Assembly (NCBI GenBank): GCA_030770535.1
Contig: JASVEC010000017.1
Location: forward strand, 310,001 to 374,000
Reading direction: 5' to 3'
DNA length: 64,000 nt
DNA from: Batkoa obscura
Taxonomy: Eukaryota
Translations under genes and position numbers: made by a program
The notes under the pieces: model-generated
What the model was told of the DNA's origin: nothing
Database searches by the model: none
The model's input: the letters and a program-made list of their open reading frames with translations, nothing else
Shown here: positions 13,589-27,307 of the stretch, one piece after another
Layout: each line of letters starts with the position of its first letter
How positions within the stretch are numbered: the stretch's first letter is position 1

Positions 13589-14951
13589 ATGCAACCGAAT
13601 TCCAAAACGAGACTTTACATTATATTAAAAGTAGATAAGACAGCTACTAATGATGAGCTTAAAAGATCGTATAAAAGATTAGCTTTACAACATCATCCCG
13701 ATAAAAATCCCAATGATTTGGATTTAGTAAGTTATTTTGGCCAGATTAAATTCTTAGAAAATATTAATTTCAAATTTTGTTTATCTTTCTTTATAGTTTA
13801 AACAAATTAAGCATGCTTATGATATCTTAAGTGATCCAAAAAAACGAAAGATCTATGATAAATATGGAGAACGAGGACTTGAACTTATGAGTACTTTTGG
13901 AGATTCTGGACTTGATGAAGATATTGGTACAAAGCTCAATCTCTTCTTTATCATCCTCAATCTCTTCACTATCCTCTTAATTCTCTTCTTTAGCTTTTTA
14001 TCCGCTAAAGATGACGACTCAATACTGTGGCATTATTCAATTATCTTTATACCATTATGGTTAATTGATTGTGGATTTTTATTTGGTATATTAAATTTAC
14101 TAAAAGATGCATTTATTAGTTGGAAAAATGGAAAAAATCAAACTGAAGAGGAAAATGATGATGTATTAAATCAACCTACAGGGATGAAGATGGATGATCA
14201 ATCCTTTATAGCTACTTTAGTCTTGGCAAGTGTTATTGTTTTTACTTTGAGTTTGATTATTATATTTCAAGTACTTTTAGTATTAAAAATTGATGATACA
14301 TTGAATTTATCAGGGGTACAAATATTCAGTCCATTGATTATATTGGAAGGATTAGCATTGATAAAAACAATAATTACTTTAATATTAAAATTAAAGCATT
14401 TACAATCTCAATATGTAGCTACTATAGGCAATGAATTATGGCCCAACTTCATACGTTGCTTACAAATTATATTAATTATTTGTAAATTAGATGCTACTGC
14501 ATTTAAAACAGTATCTTGGGCAGTTGTTTTTATACCAATGTATTTATTGTTTTTTATTATCGTATACATTATAAGAACTAAATTCCACACCGCCAACCAT
14601 TCTCAATTATCTGATAATGAACGACCAGATAAAAATATATGGTTATTGTTAACTATATTATTTGCCCTCATCTGTTTATTTTTTTATCCCTTTTTAGGTT
14701 TATTGATCAAAAAATTAGACGATCCTAATTCTATTCGATTAGTTATGGTATTAGTACCTATTTTTATTTTATTATCATTTATGCTTTGTTGCTTCGGTTG
14801 TTGTATTCCTTGTTGTTGTTTTATGGCTTTAAATACCGATTTAGGTGAGGAAGTAACGGACCAAGTTCGACCTTTATTTGTTAATTCAGATAGATTAATT
14901 ACTCAGGGTTATGGGCAGGATATGAATGAAATGGAATCAAATAGAAGTTAA
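13589..14951 (+). CDS. DnaJ-domain protein fused to a multi-pass TMEM185-like membrane region with a Cys-rich string
   Basis: HPDKNP J-domain motif; intron 13727-13796 restores frame (FKQIKHAYDILSDPKKRKIYDKYG); repeated 'K-D ... W..VFIP' TM hairpins; CCFGCCIPCCC near the C-terminus. Confidence 0.85.
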
Positions 14952-15106
14952 AGTTGATAGGTGAGAAATGAATGCAGTAACATTTCTTTTTTGTTTTATT
15001 AATTAAAAAAATAGTAATTAAATTAAGAGATAGATATGTATATATTTTTATTTTTATTTATATTTTATATGTTAAATTTTGAGAATGATTAGCTATTTTT
15101 AATATT

Positions 15107-16704
15107 TTAAATTTCTTTACCCTCTTCATCTATAGTTAAATCTTGAATTAGTTTATCAATTTGTTCTTGTTTTTTGGCTAATTCTTTTTCTTCCTAATAA
15201 AAATAAATCAAATTAATATCAATATTTATCTTTATATCCTTTATTATAATAATCAAACTTACTTTTTCTTTAACTTTCCTATCTAATTCTGGTTTAAAAT
15301 CACTGTAAAAAAAGGAAATCAATATTTTCGGATAGTAGATAGTAATAAATCAACTTACGTTTCATATTCTTTTCTAGCTTCTTCTACCGCTTCAAAGAAA
15401 GCACTCATACCCTCTCCAGTCACAGCAGAACAGCCAACAGTCTATCCAAAAAAAATCAATTCGAATCCTTAACCTTCCTCCAGTTCTACGAAATCTCCCA
15501 TTTTTCTATCTTTAAATTTATCAAAAATATTCAATTACCTTTAAATGAGCATAAAATTCTTCAAGTACCAAGCACATCGAATGCATAAAAGAACCCATAT
15601 AACTACTATCTTCACCTAAAGCTCGTTGAAAAGCTTCAAAATCAGTAATCCATTCTTCGGCAAATTCATGGCTAACGACATCCACTTTATTGAAGACCAA
15701 TATAAAGGGTAATTTTGTTTTATATAAAATACTAATCAAAAATAAACAATGAGTTAATAAAAATAAGAAGAATAAAAATAAATAAACAAAGCTAGTAATA
15801 ATTATGTTGCTTTTTTGTTTCCTTTCTTTTTCTTAGTTTCAATTAATTAAATTTCTCTTATTACTTACCTACAAGCATATAACATATTGGACATAAATGT
15901 AGCTGGCGATGCTGTTCTTGGTGTATCTATAATATAAGCAATAACTGTTGGATAAGATAGAGCTAATGCTTCAGTGATAATAGCACCCGATGCAGACCAT
16001 GTGAAAATTTCTATTTGTCCCGGAGTGTCGACGAGGAGGTAACTAGAAAGAAAAAGAAAAAAAGAATTAGCTATTGGTGTTATTAATTCGAACTACTAGT
16101 TAATGATTTTTAATTTCATTGTTGGTACTTTATGGTTTTGAGTGGATGTGAAGTAAGTAGGGAATATAAGAACTTACTCAATACTTTCTTGTTTTTTTTG
16201 AATCAAATCTAAAACCTGATCAAATTTGGTAGTAAATAAATTTAAACTGGTTAAGATACCACCGTTAGGACCTAAAGAATATCTAATTGATTTTCAAATA
16301 TTAGTATGCTTGATTATCCTATTTCATTATTTATATCTTCATTTTCTTAAACTATAAGCTGTTATTGTTATATTTTATTATTATAGTAAGGTGATTATTT
16401 CAGATATCTAAAATAAAACCTTACTGATTCATCACCTCTTTATAATTCACTGTATCCCTGATATCAATATTAACCGGATAACTCAAATTAGTAACTGCAG
16501 GATCTAAATTTAATACATATGGTTTTTGTGATGTTTCAAATAAATGAGCGTTTAATCTCTATTATTTGATTTTTGATTAGATTAGTTTTTACTGAGGGTG
16601 AAAGGAGAAGATGTAATTACTTGCATAAACGTAGTTTTACCACTACCTGCCATACCAATACACAAGATTGTGGTGGGTAATTTACTGTTGCTAGTTGAAC
16701 TCAT
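15107..16704 (-). CDS. GPN1: GPN-loop GTPase 1 (Npa3), about 8 exons
   Basis: Exons encode [69 protein letters not shown]. Confidence 0.92.
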
Positions 16705-16889
16705 TCTTTTTTTATCGTTGAATTGAAAGTTTAAAAAAGAAATTAAAAAGCACTTTTTTTTTACAAATCTTGCGTTTATTTTAAATTCAATTCGGGGTTG
16801 AAAATTCTTAAAAAATAATCATTACAAATCAAAAAACAACAAAAATTAAAAAACTTATTTTAATAAAAATAAAATCTCTCACTTTTTAT

Positions 16890-19800
16890 TTAACATTTAA
16901 GTCCATTCTTTCCATCATATGACCACATCAACTTAGAGTTTACATTCAATGGGTTTTGATTATATAACAAAAACTTGTGATTTTGATAAGGTTGATTAAG
17001 ATGAAACATTTCTTGTAGGTTCCAAGATACTAAACCAATAGCTTCAATTTCCGATAATTCCCCTTTAGCTTGATGATAAGCCCAAGAAGCTTCCCAAATT
17101 AAATTATGAGCATATTCACCATCTTCATCTGGAGCAAATCCAAGCTCAACCCCTGCTTTATTTAATACTGTAAATGTAGTATTTTTAGTTAACGGAGCAC
17201 CAGTCAAACATCGACGTTTAGACCAAGTATCAGGTACACAACGTACAGGTTGTAAAATAACCTTAATTCTTTCATAAGATAATTCATCAGCAACCTTAAA
17301 ATTAAATTAATATATATTATTATTATTATTGTTATTATTATAACTTACTAACCAAGCTTCAGCTCCACCAAGGATAATCAGATCTAAACCAACTCCAAAA
17401 CCACCCGATTGATGAAATTTATCTCGAATTAAATTACGTAATTGAATTAAACGAATAATATCATCTTTATTATGAGCACGAACAACAACTGGTATTAAAC
17501 CTTTAATAACTTGACTAATTAAATTAGTTGCTTTTGGCCAATCTTTAGAATTTTGTTCAATTGCTTTCAAAAATAATTGTCTTATTTTTAAAAATTGTTG
17601 AGATATAGTAGTAGTAGTTGAATCTAAATATTCATGACCAACAGCAAGATGAAGGGCAGTAACTGGATTAACAATATCTTCATTTAAATAAGCAGTATTG
17701 CCATCTGTAAAAAAAGATGTAGAATAGCCGTTAATTATACCAGATCCTAATAATGGAGCTGAAACAGCAGCAGTAATTCCACCTTTAAAAGCTCTCTTTA
17801 AATGTTTACCTTCAAAAGTTAAACCATCAATAGCTTGTGGATAATCTTCATATTTAAACGGATCAATGTTTTTAACATTACCATCACCAGTAGAATCTTC
17901 TTGTATAATTTCATTTAAACCTAATTTAGTAGCTACTCCAATTAAACCTGGTATCATCCATGCTTCACTATCTGCATATACAGTTTTTAAATTCATTTTA
18001 TTAGCTATCATTTCTTCAATTTCAGTAATCTTTCCATTTTCTATTAACAATACTTTATTCTTTTGAATTTTCATTGCTTTAGTTGAATTATTCATTATTA
18101 CTTGATTTACACCTTTTAATATAAAGCTCTTTAATCCGTCATAACATTTAAATTCTTTGTATTCATTTTTGATTTTAGGATATTCAATTGGATTATCATA
18201 ATCAAAGGCATTAAGTTGTTGATTTTCATCATCTTCATATTTTTCTGGAAACATTAATATGCCATCAATTATTACTTGTTCTGGTGTTGTACCAACAGTA
18301 AATGGAATTTCATTCCAAAGTACTAAATCAGCATCCATACCTATTTGGATACCCCCGATTTTATGTCCTAATCCTAATGCTTTAGCTGGATTAGAAGTAA
18401 TTGATGCTAATGCATGTTTAGCATCTAATCCGTTATGATAAGCTTTAGTAGCTTCAAACATTAAGGTTTGTGAATTAATTACTGGATGATCTGATTTTAA
18501 TGCTACTGGTATATTATGTTCAGTTAATATTATTGGTGCTCTTGGATCTTCTTCATATGCTTCTTTTTTATAACCCCATCCATCACTAAATGTAGCTACA
18601 GTTACATTAAAGCCATAGCGACCAGCTCTTTTAATGAGTTCAGGTACTCGATAAGCACTTAAAGCATGATGGAAGGCCCAGATTTGAAAACCATAATCTT
18701 CTGAAGCTCTAATAACGGTTTCTAAATCTTCAGGCTAAAAGTAAATAAAACATTTAGTTTATATTCTATTCAATTATGTATTCAATTATTTAATATTTAC
18801 CTCATAACAATGAATATGAGGTTGAACATTACCACGAATCACATTTGATAAAGATTCTAATTTAATATCTGTTGGAAATTCTTTAGTTATTGAATGAACT
18901 CTTCCTTTACGAATATCAACTTCATTAAAATGATCTTTTAGAAAATCACACCATTCATCTTGTTCACGTACTAATTGGCTTGCTTTAGAAAACATTTCTC
19001 TCATTAAATAACCAGATCCCATTCTAGTTGATGGAGTTTTACCTATTTAAAATAAAATTAAAGTTAATTTTATTAAGATATTATTTCTTATTTTACCTTG
19101 CTCCCCATAGACTCTTTTTGGATTTTCACCACAAGCAAATTTCATATATCTCCATGGCATTTTATTACTTTGATCATTGTAATTAACTAAAGCTTCTTCA
19201 TTACTTCTACTTTTAACTGGTCTTAATTTAAATACAAAGGCTTCTCCACCCATTACATTAGCAGATCCAGGTAATACTAATGTAGTAGTAATACCACCAC
19301 TCATTACAATTGGTAATGCAAGATCATCTTGGTTAAATGCATCAAGAGTTCTTAACTAATAGAATATTAATATTAGTTTATTATTATATTACATTATGTT
19401 ATACCATTGGAGTAGCAGGTGATGTCATTTCATTGGTATCATCCGTACCTACTAGCATTGGCCAAGAATCAACACCGATATGACTAAATTAATTATAAAA
19501 AGTTAATATAATAATATTATACTATTATTATTATTACCTATGCATATCTACGAGACCAGGAGTAACAATTTTATTTTTACCATTGATAACAATAGCATCT
19601 TTAGGAATATGAATAAATCTAGAAATACCCTTAATAATCCCTTCATGTAAGAGCAAATCGCTTCTGTAAGCTTCTTTGCCTAAAGCATCCCAAATAGTAA
19701 CTCCACGAATAACAATAGGTCTAGTGCCATTAACAAACCGACCATTTTTATTATCTTTTATATCTTCTTTTTTAACTCCTTCTTTCATCAATTTAAGATA

Positions 19801-20127
19801 ATCTTGTCTTTTAACATTTAAGTCGTCTAATTTTTTACATTGTTTATAACCATAATTAACGGAAGCTGAAGAAATAGCCATTTTATCGCCAATTAAATGA
19901 CTATCTGTATTAAAGTCACGGAATAATAAAGTGATTAGTAAACCGAGGATAATCACAATACTGATAGTAGAAAATAATCTCAAAACATTACGTAAACTTT
20001 TATAATCTAATACTTCAGACCAAGTATTACCAACTTCTCGACGACCTTGATTGGTTCCATTAGCCGCTTCTGTATCATGATGAATAAAGGGCGTATTCTC
20101 GCTATCTTCATCGTGTGAAGGTGACAT
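16890..20127 (-). CDS. Membrane-anchored amidohydrolase-family protein with two amidohydrolase domains (about 6 exons)
   Basis: N-terminal TM helix; PGLVDMHSH, GGITTTLVLPGSANVMGG, MKFACGENPKR, HIHCYE, FHHA, KSDHPV, NPAKALG, GMDADLVLW. The second domain lacks the HxH motif. Confidence 0.88.
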
Positions 20128-21018
20128 TCTTTTATTCTTTACTTTTTTTTATAATTAAATTTTTTTATTAGAAAGTTTATTTTTGTATAAATTTTTTTTA
20201 TAATCATTTATGACGTGGTCAAATATATGCCCCTTTTTATCCTTTTGATTTTGAATGAGTAAAAAAGTGTTACTTGAACATTGATTGGTTGATGCGGAGA
20301 TTGAGACTGGTTTATTTTGCATTATGATTTATTGTTTTATACGATTATGATGTATGTTGGGCAATAGCATATGGTAGTATAGAGTTACTGATTAAATTGT
20401 GTAACCCAAACTTTGTCCATTGGCCACTCTGTTTCTATTCCTTATCAAAAATCCTAATTCTAAAATGACATTAACTTGCTTACAACAAGTCAAGACGATA
20501 AATTTGAACAATAATAGCTACTTATTTAATAAGGGTTTTCTAGCCTATTTATACTAGTCAGAATACTTATCATAATCTAAGAGTAATGAATTTGTAATAT
20601 AATAGAAACGTATAACAATTACTATCATCATTCTAACCAGAAAGTAATAGGATATTTCCAATAAAGTATTAACTTATCAATAATAATGTAATCATTTGGG
20701 AGGTATAGTGCTTCTTTTTATACAATCTAACAGCAGTCACTATTAAAACTGTTTTGTGACCAATGATAATAAATTTAAATCAATTTAGTTTCTTTTAAAT
20801 TTTTATTTTTACAAATCAATAAACTCATAAAAGAACTCAATAGTGTCATCCTTTATTCTTTAATTTTCAATAACAATAATAAATTAGAAGTTAATAAATC
20901 TAAAACTAAATTCAATAAACAATAGATAAAGACAATAAAGCATAAATTCAAAAGCATAATATCAAACTTATCCTTGGGTTTATTCTTCTTCCTTTCTTTC
21001 CTCATACATCCCCTCCAC

Positions 21019-21480
21019 TCAATTGAAAATACTTAAATTCAACTTTTGTTTTTCACCCACAAAAACAGCATGAATCGAATGATCATTCAAAGCATTATCT
21101 GTATTAGGATGTACCAATACTGAATGGCCATTTCTATTAACTAATAACCAAGGGATAATTGTACCTAAATCTTCTTCATTCATTACATGCGCTTCAAACA
21201 TACCAACAGGATGAGGACCTAAAGATGAAATATTGGTATTATATTTTTATAATAGAGATAATGAACTGAAATTTTTGCTAATATTTAATATATGAATAGA
21301 ATGTGATTGAATTCAATCGAACTTACCAACTGGTCTTGGTACCAATTCAAATACTTTAATATGTGGAAAAGCTTGAATAAAACTCTGTCTTAAAGCTGTT
21401 ATGGAAGCAACAGAAACTGAATTCCATTCTTGAAAGTAAAAATGTAAGTCAAAATATTTAATTGGACTTGGAAATGGCAT
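21019..21480 (-). CDS. DOPA 4,5-dioxygenase-family protein (117 aa)
   Basis: Exons 21480-21327 and 21218-21019 give MPFPSPIKYFDLHFYF...RPVGPHPVGMFE...WLLVNRNGHSVLVHPNT...DHSIHAVFVG. Confidence 0.88.
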
Positions 21481-21983
21481 TGATTAGTTGTTATTATTTA
21501 TTTAGTATTATGTTTTTTTTAGAAGATAGTTTTTTTATATAAAAATTATGTTAATTAACCGATTTTATATTAGATTCGAGCTGGTTGCTATTGATTGGTT
21601 AAAGACAAATGAGTGACTTTTCAATGATTATTAGTAATCTACATTACTAATAGATTTTCGGTGAATTTTTCTTACAAATAGTAGTATTTAGTTAAGTGTG
21701 AGTATGACTTTTACAACTTTCTATTTATAATTCTAACTTTAACCTTAAATCTTAGTATTAATTTAGGTACATTTAAACTATCCCATTTAAATATAAACAT
21801 TAAAAATAACATGTTTATTTTTTATTTCAATAATGTTCATTTTTCTAGTCTAAAAAGAAAATAAACTAATTAATCTCATATTTAAAAAAAACAGTCTCCC
21901 AATTTCCATTTTTTATTACACATCAAAAATTAATTTTTCCTTATTTAAATCAATTAATTTTTAACCAAACATCAAAAAAAACT

Positions 21984-22949
21984 ATGAACACGACTAACGA
22001 CGAATCTAACTCTGACCATGAAAACAAGGTGCATTCAAAGTCTATATCCTTCCCTTATTTAAATATGAATCCAGATCGACCTAACCCAATCTATAATACC
22101 TCAATACAAATGGATAAACGAAGTTATTGTAGTTCCAAAGATATCATCTTTTCCACGGATGGATTAACAGTAAAATGTAATAAAGATTATAATATCACTT
22201 TAGCCAATTATGGTATCTCTGAAGGCACTTATTATTTTGAAGTTAGAATATTAGATTTACCTGAAGATTCCAATATAAGATTAGGTATTGCACAAGTTTC
22301 TACACCAAAAGATGTACCTTTAGGTTATGATGGATTTTCTTATTCTTATAGAGCAAATCCAGGAACATTATTTCATCGATCTAGACCATTTGATGTTAAT
22401 AAAGGTTATTGTGAAGGAGATGTAGTAGGAGTATTGATACACTTACCACAGTTAAATGAAATTGAAAGAAAAGAAATTGAGTTTAGGGTATTAGATCAAG
22501 CAATAGGAGCACGACAATATTCATATGAAATTAATTCTCAATTATCATCCAAAATTAATCCAATTAAAATTCAATGTGGTGAAAATGAAAGTGAATTAGC
22601 AACTCCAATACCTTTTCCTGAACAATTTGATTATAATTTTCAAGACCCTTTTTTGAAATTTGATCAACTACCAATTCATTCCGGTTCTCAACTTTGTTTT
22701 TTTGTTAATGGGGAATTAGTTGATCATTCATTTTTAAATCTTTATTTAGCTAAATATCATCCTGCTATTTCAATTTATAATGGTGCAAAAGTTAAATTAA
22801 ATTTTGGACCTCAATTTGTTCATTCTCCTCCAGAAATATTTCATCCAAAACAATGTCCTAATGTTAATAAGTTGGATTTAATTAAATATGGTTTTAAATT
22901 AAAAGAGGGTAAAGTTAGTTCATTATATTCTTTAGTTGAAAATCTATAA
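21984..22949 (+). CDS. SPRY-domain protein, ASH2L/BRE2-like COMPASS subunit
   Basis: ANYGISEGTYYFEV, IRLG, PLGYDGFSYSYR, GTLFHRS, GDVVGVLIHLP, YHPAISIY, LNFGP. Confidence 0.85.
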   Translation: MNTTNDESNSDHENKVHSKSISFPYLNMNPDRPNPIYNTSIQMDKRSYCSSKDIIFSTDGLTVKCNKDYNITLANYGISEGTYYFEVRILDLPEDSNIRLGIAQVSTPKDVPLGYDGFSYSYRANPGTLFHRSRPFDVNKGYCEGDVVGVLIHLPQLNEIERKEIEFRVLDQAIGARQYSYEINSQLSSKINPIKIQCGENESELATPIPFPEQFDYNFQDPFLKFDQLPIHSGSQLCFFVNGELVDHSFLNLYLAKYHPAISIYNGAKVKLNFGPQFVHSPPEIFHPKQCPNVNKLDLIKYGFKLKEGKVSSLYSLVENL

Positions 22950-23043
22950 AAGTTAAGTATTATATATTATATGTAAAAAATAAAATAAGTGGAAATTATA
23001 GATTTTTTTAATTTTTTAATTTGTCTATTTATTTTTTATTAAT

Positions 23044-25663
23044 TTAATGTTTTGATTTTGGTAATATTTTTTTAGTATGTAATGTACCCGATAAAGCGTC
23101 TTCTATATCTAATTTTAAGGTTTTACATGTTTCAACATCATGAAAAGAAAGTGGAAAACGATAACTAAATATTAAAACAATTAAAATTTAAAAAAAAATT
23201 AGTCAATTAATATATTACCTTAACCATAAATACAACATAATGCATCTATGACAAGTTTCTAATTGTTTTAGATAATCTTCATCATTCATTTGAGCAATAT
23301 TAGGTATATTTAAATGATCTTTAATATTTACTGGATGTCCTTGAGAATGTGTAGTGATTGCCTAAAATATTACAAATATTAATATTAATTACTATTTTAT
23401 TTTATTTTATTTATTATATTATCATTAAATTACTTTACCTTTGCAATAAATTTTACTACTTGTGGATCTCTAGCAGGAATTGGTGCCATTAAAAAAGATA
23501 ATCGATCTTCTAAAGATAATGGTATTTCACTTAATATACCTGCTAATTTAATATGATCATCTGTATAACATAAAAAATAGCCTTTAGGCAATTCACATAA
23601 TACCATTAATTTTATCTATTTTAATTTAATTATTAATATATTATTATTATTTATTATCATTATATTATTATTAAATTACCAATATCATTGAAAAAGATTC
23701 ATTTGGAAATTGATAAAAGAAAGCTTTTAAGATTGATAATTCAGGTTGTAATCCAATTGTCTATTAAAATAATTTAAAAATTAATTCATGTTACAAGACA
23801 TTAACTTACTTTCAAAGGAGCAAACTTTTGTTTCATACAATATAAAAGATAATCCACATCTGTTTTATAAAAACTATATTTGAAAAATTCATCAATTGAA
23901 ACTCAATCATAATAAGTAAATAATTACCTTGTAACTTCCCCATTAGCAAAGTGAGTACCAAATCTCCCCGCTCTACCAGCAATTTGTTTTACTTGTGATA
24001 TTTTTACTTTTCGAATACCAGTACCATCAAATTTAGATAAACTATCAAATACTACTCGTTGAATATTTCTAGTATTTTAAATTTAATAAGTTATTAGTTT
24101 ATAATTATAATAAAAACTAATAAAAACTTACAAATTTAAACCCATACCAACTGCATCGGAAGCTACCATAATATCATAACCTGAATTAGGGTCATTAAAT
24201 AATTTAGCTTCCATAGCTCGATTTTCTATTATATTTATATTTATATTTAATGCTCATCATAAAACAAAACTAAAAAATAACTTACCTGGTGGTAGTCTAC
24301 CATACACCACGGCACACTTTAATCCTGTAGCTTTTTCGACTTTATCTTTATGTTCAAAAATTCCATCTCTACTAAAAGTAACTAAACAATCTCCCTTTTT
24401 AAATTTTTTATAATCCCCATCTAAGGCATCCTCTTTTATCTTTAAGGGTGATAATCTTTCATACTCATTAATAATAACCTCTTCATTCATTTGTTTGCAA
24501 ATTTCTTTTACAAAAGGAATAGCGCTTGGTTCCCCACAAAGATGAATTTCATGTGCTTGAACACCTACTAAAGCTCTTAACCAACCCCATCCTCTTTGTG
24601 CATCGGAAAGTAATTGAATCTCATCAAACACAGCCACATCATAAACTTTACTTAAATTTAACATCTCTATTGTAGCTGAAGTTATCGTTTGTTTTAAACT
24701 ACCAATATCTGAATAGTTTTTTAATTCAATTTTTTGACCAGTAGTTTTTTCTAAATTGGAGATATAATCTTCAACATCTATACGTTCTTCTCCAGTGGCT
24801 AAATTACATCGTATACCCTCATCAATAAACCGCTTAAAGATTTCAAACGCTAATAAACGTAATGGACCACAATACACACCTCGTGGAGCTATTTTTAATC
24901 GTTGTAAAGCTTTGTATGTTTTTCCGGAATTTGTAGGGCCGACGTGCATGATGATCTTTCTGTATTTTATTATAAAAAATTAAATGAATAAAATAAAGTT
25001 AAATTCCAAACCTACCTTTTCATCTTTCTAGCTTGAGGAAACCAATGAATTGGATTTTCTAAAGTCGCTAACCCTTTAATATAATCAAACTTTTCCTTTT
25101 CTTTTTCTCCTAATTGTCTACTACCAAATTTAAGAAATTCTCTCAACATTGCTTGATCTAAAGCTAATAAATTACTTTCCGATACTACTTTAGCTGCGTC
25201 TGAAAATTTGAATTTTGGGTATTTATCCGATTTAATCAATTCTATAAATTCTCCCATCACTGTTTTATAGGTTCTTTCATTCCAGCCTAAACTTAGGACT
25301 AACGACTTAATGGTGGAATTGAATTTGAAATGATATACATGGTTTAAATAATCTATTTTTTTTAATGTAAATTGATTCTATTAAGAAATTATCACTCAAT
25401 TTTAAATTACCTTGAAACTCAAACCTTTGTTGTCTATATGAATTTCTACCACCTCGATTTCTTTTATCATCTCCCCTTCTTGGTATCTCCTTTAAACTAG
25501 CCTTTTTCACATCTCTCACTAATCCGTTCTTGTCCTCCTTCGGTAAATATTTTTCTAATATTTTTGTAGTTGGTATTTTTTTTCCGGTGGTTACATAACG
25601 TACTAAACTCAATCTAAAACATTTCTTATTGATCAATTTGAATGTTAAGTTGTTAGAAAACAT
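23044..25663 (-). CDS. SUV3: Mitochondrial ATP-dependent RNA helicase SUV3 (multi-exon)
   Basis: [81 protein letters not shown]; basic N-terminal presequence-like segment. Confidence 0.93.
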
Positions 25664-26985
25664 TGAAGGTTAAATCGATTTTTGATAACTTGATTTAGTA
25701 TATTGAGATTTTTTGTTAGGGGTTATTTTTGGGCAAAGTTTTTAGAATTTCTCGAGTTTTGGGGATAGAAGAAAAATGCTAAGTTTGGTTTAATAGTTTA
25801 AAAAGTTATAATATTAGATGAATTGTATGCTTTCATTTTAAATAGAGTAATACAATATTATATTAGTATACTATTTTATAAATATTAGGAAGGTTAATAT
25901 AAGTGCCTTTAATCGACTGCTACTTGATATCCAATATATGAATAATATTACAATTTGTTATATAAATTTTTAGTACTTTATATAAGCAATAAATAACTAT
26001 GATTACGAATATTTTATTATACTTATTATACTTGTTATTTTATTAACAAAGCATCAGAACGTTCAATATTTATTTAATATCACAATGTTTTTTATTTTAG
26101 TAGGCAGCTAGCACTTTTTTTAACCTAATGTTAAATAAAAATGAACAAAGAGTGAAATAACATTCACATCTACTAATATAATAATACTTTATATGTTATA
26201 ATAAAAAATATCAAGTATCATCAAGTCCCATTAAATATTATAATGTAATTTACCAAAATACATTAGGAATTTAGTAAATTAATTTTAATGTTTTTTCATT
26301 AGAAAAAGTCACAAATGTCTATTAAAACCACAACATTAGAAAAGGAGATAACTTTTAATAAAAAACTTAATGTTCTTTGATAGTCTAATAATCGAATAAA
26401 CTGGTAATGGTGTTACAAACTATACAATAATTACGATGATTGTTATTAAATAGAAGGCTAAACTTCCTTGGTTTATGTTTACTCATTAATACGATTGATT
26501 TCTTCAAAATAAATATAATTTTCAGTAATTGTATTAATTCAATAGAATAGTATTCAGTAGTAGTTTGCGGATAAGTAATTATTACAATGAAATATGACTT
26601 CATTTTAATCTGATTTTTAAATAATTTTAAAACTAGTGATTGTGTAAAAAGAAGAAATAATCAGTTTTTGGTTCATTTAGTTTTTTATCAATTAAGATTT
26701 TATAATAGATGGAGTTATTAATTGAAGTAAATGCAAGTGGATACATTAATCGCGGATAATTGATGATCGTTACCTTTCATTTAAAGTAATCTTATATTTG
26801 GTTTAATTATTTGTAATATTAATAATTTATTTTTAGCTTAGTTGCATAAATTTCTTAATATTTGACAGTTTAATTTGATTAATTTAATTTCTAATCTATT
26901 TCATAAATCTGGACCTTAAAGTCGATCTAATTGGTGAGCATCAAGCATTTTGGACTTTGTTATCACCAATAAGCTTCAGCTAGGA

Positions 26986-27136
26986 TTAAAAATAGATCCG
27001 TTTTTAAAAATAGAATTTTTACTAACCAATAGGATAAAAATAGCACCATAACAATAAAAAGAAAAGGGGAGCTAAAAATAAATTTCTCAAAGTTTCTTTA
27101 CTTTTTTATAAAAATATAAGAGAGAACTAAAAATAA
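26986..27136 (+). promoter_or_regulatory. Cluster of MEF2/Rlm1-type YTA(A/T)4TAR sites upstream of the MADS-box gene
   Basis: TTAAAAATAG at 26986 and 27004, CTAAAAATAA at 27072 and 27127, near-match at 27034; CCAAT boxes at about 26966 and 27027. Confidence 0.45.
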
Positions 27137-27307
27137 ATATTTTAGTTTTAAAAAAAAATAACAAGTCAAAAAAAATTGTAAGTTAACTGTTAAGTTAGAA
27201 AGCTTAATTTTAGATTACCAATATCTTCAGTTTAAAATGTCTGTATATTTATCTTTTATTTATAGGCACTATATCAAATAACATCAAACTACTAACAACT
27301 TCAAACA

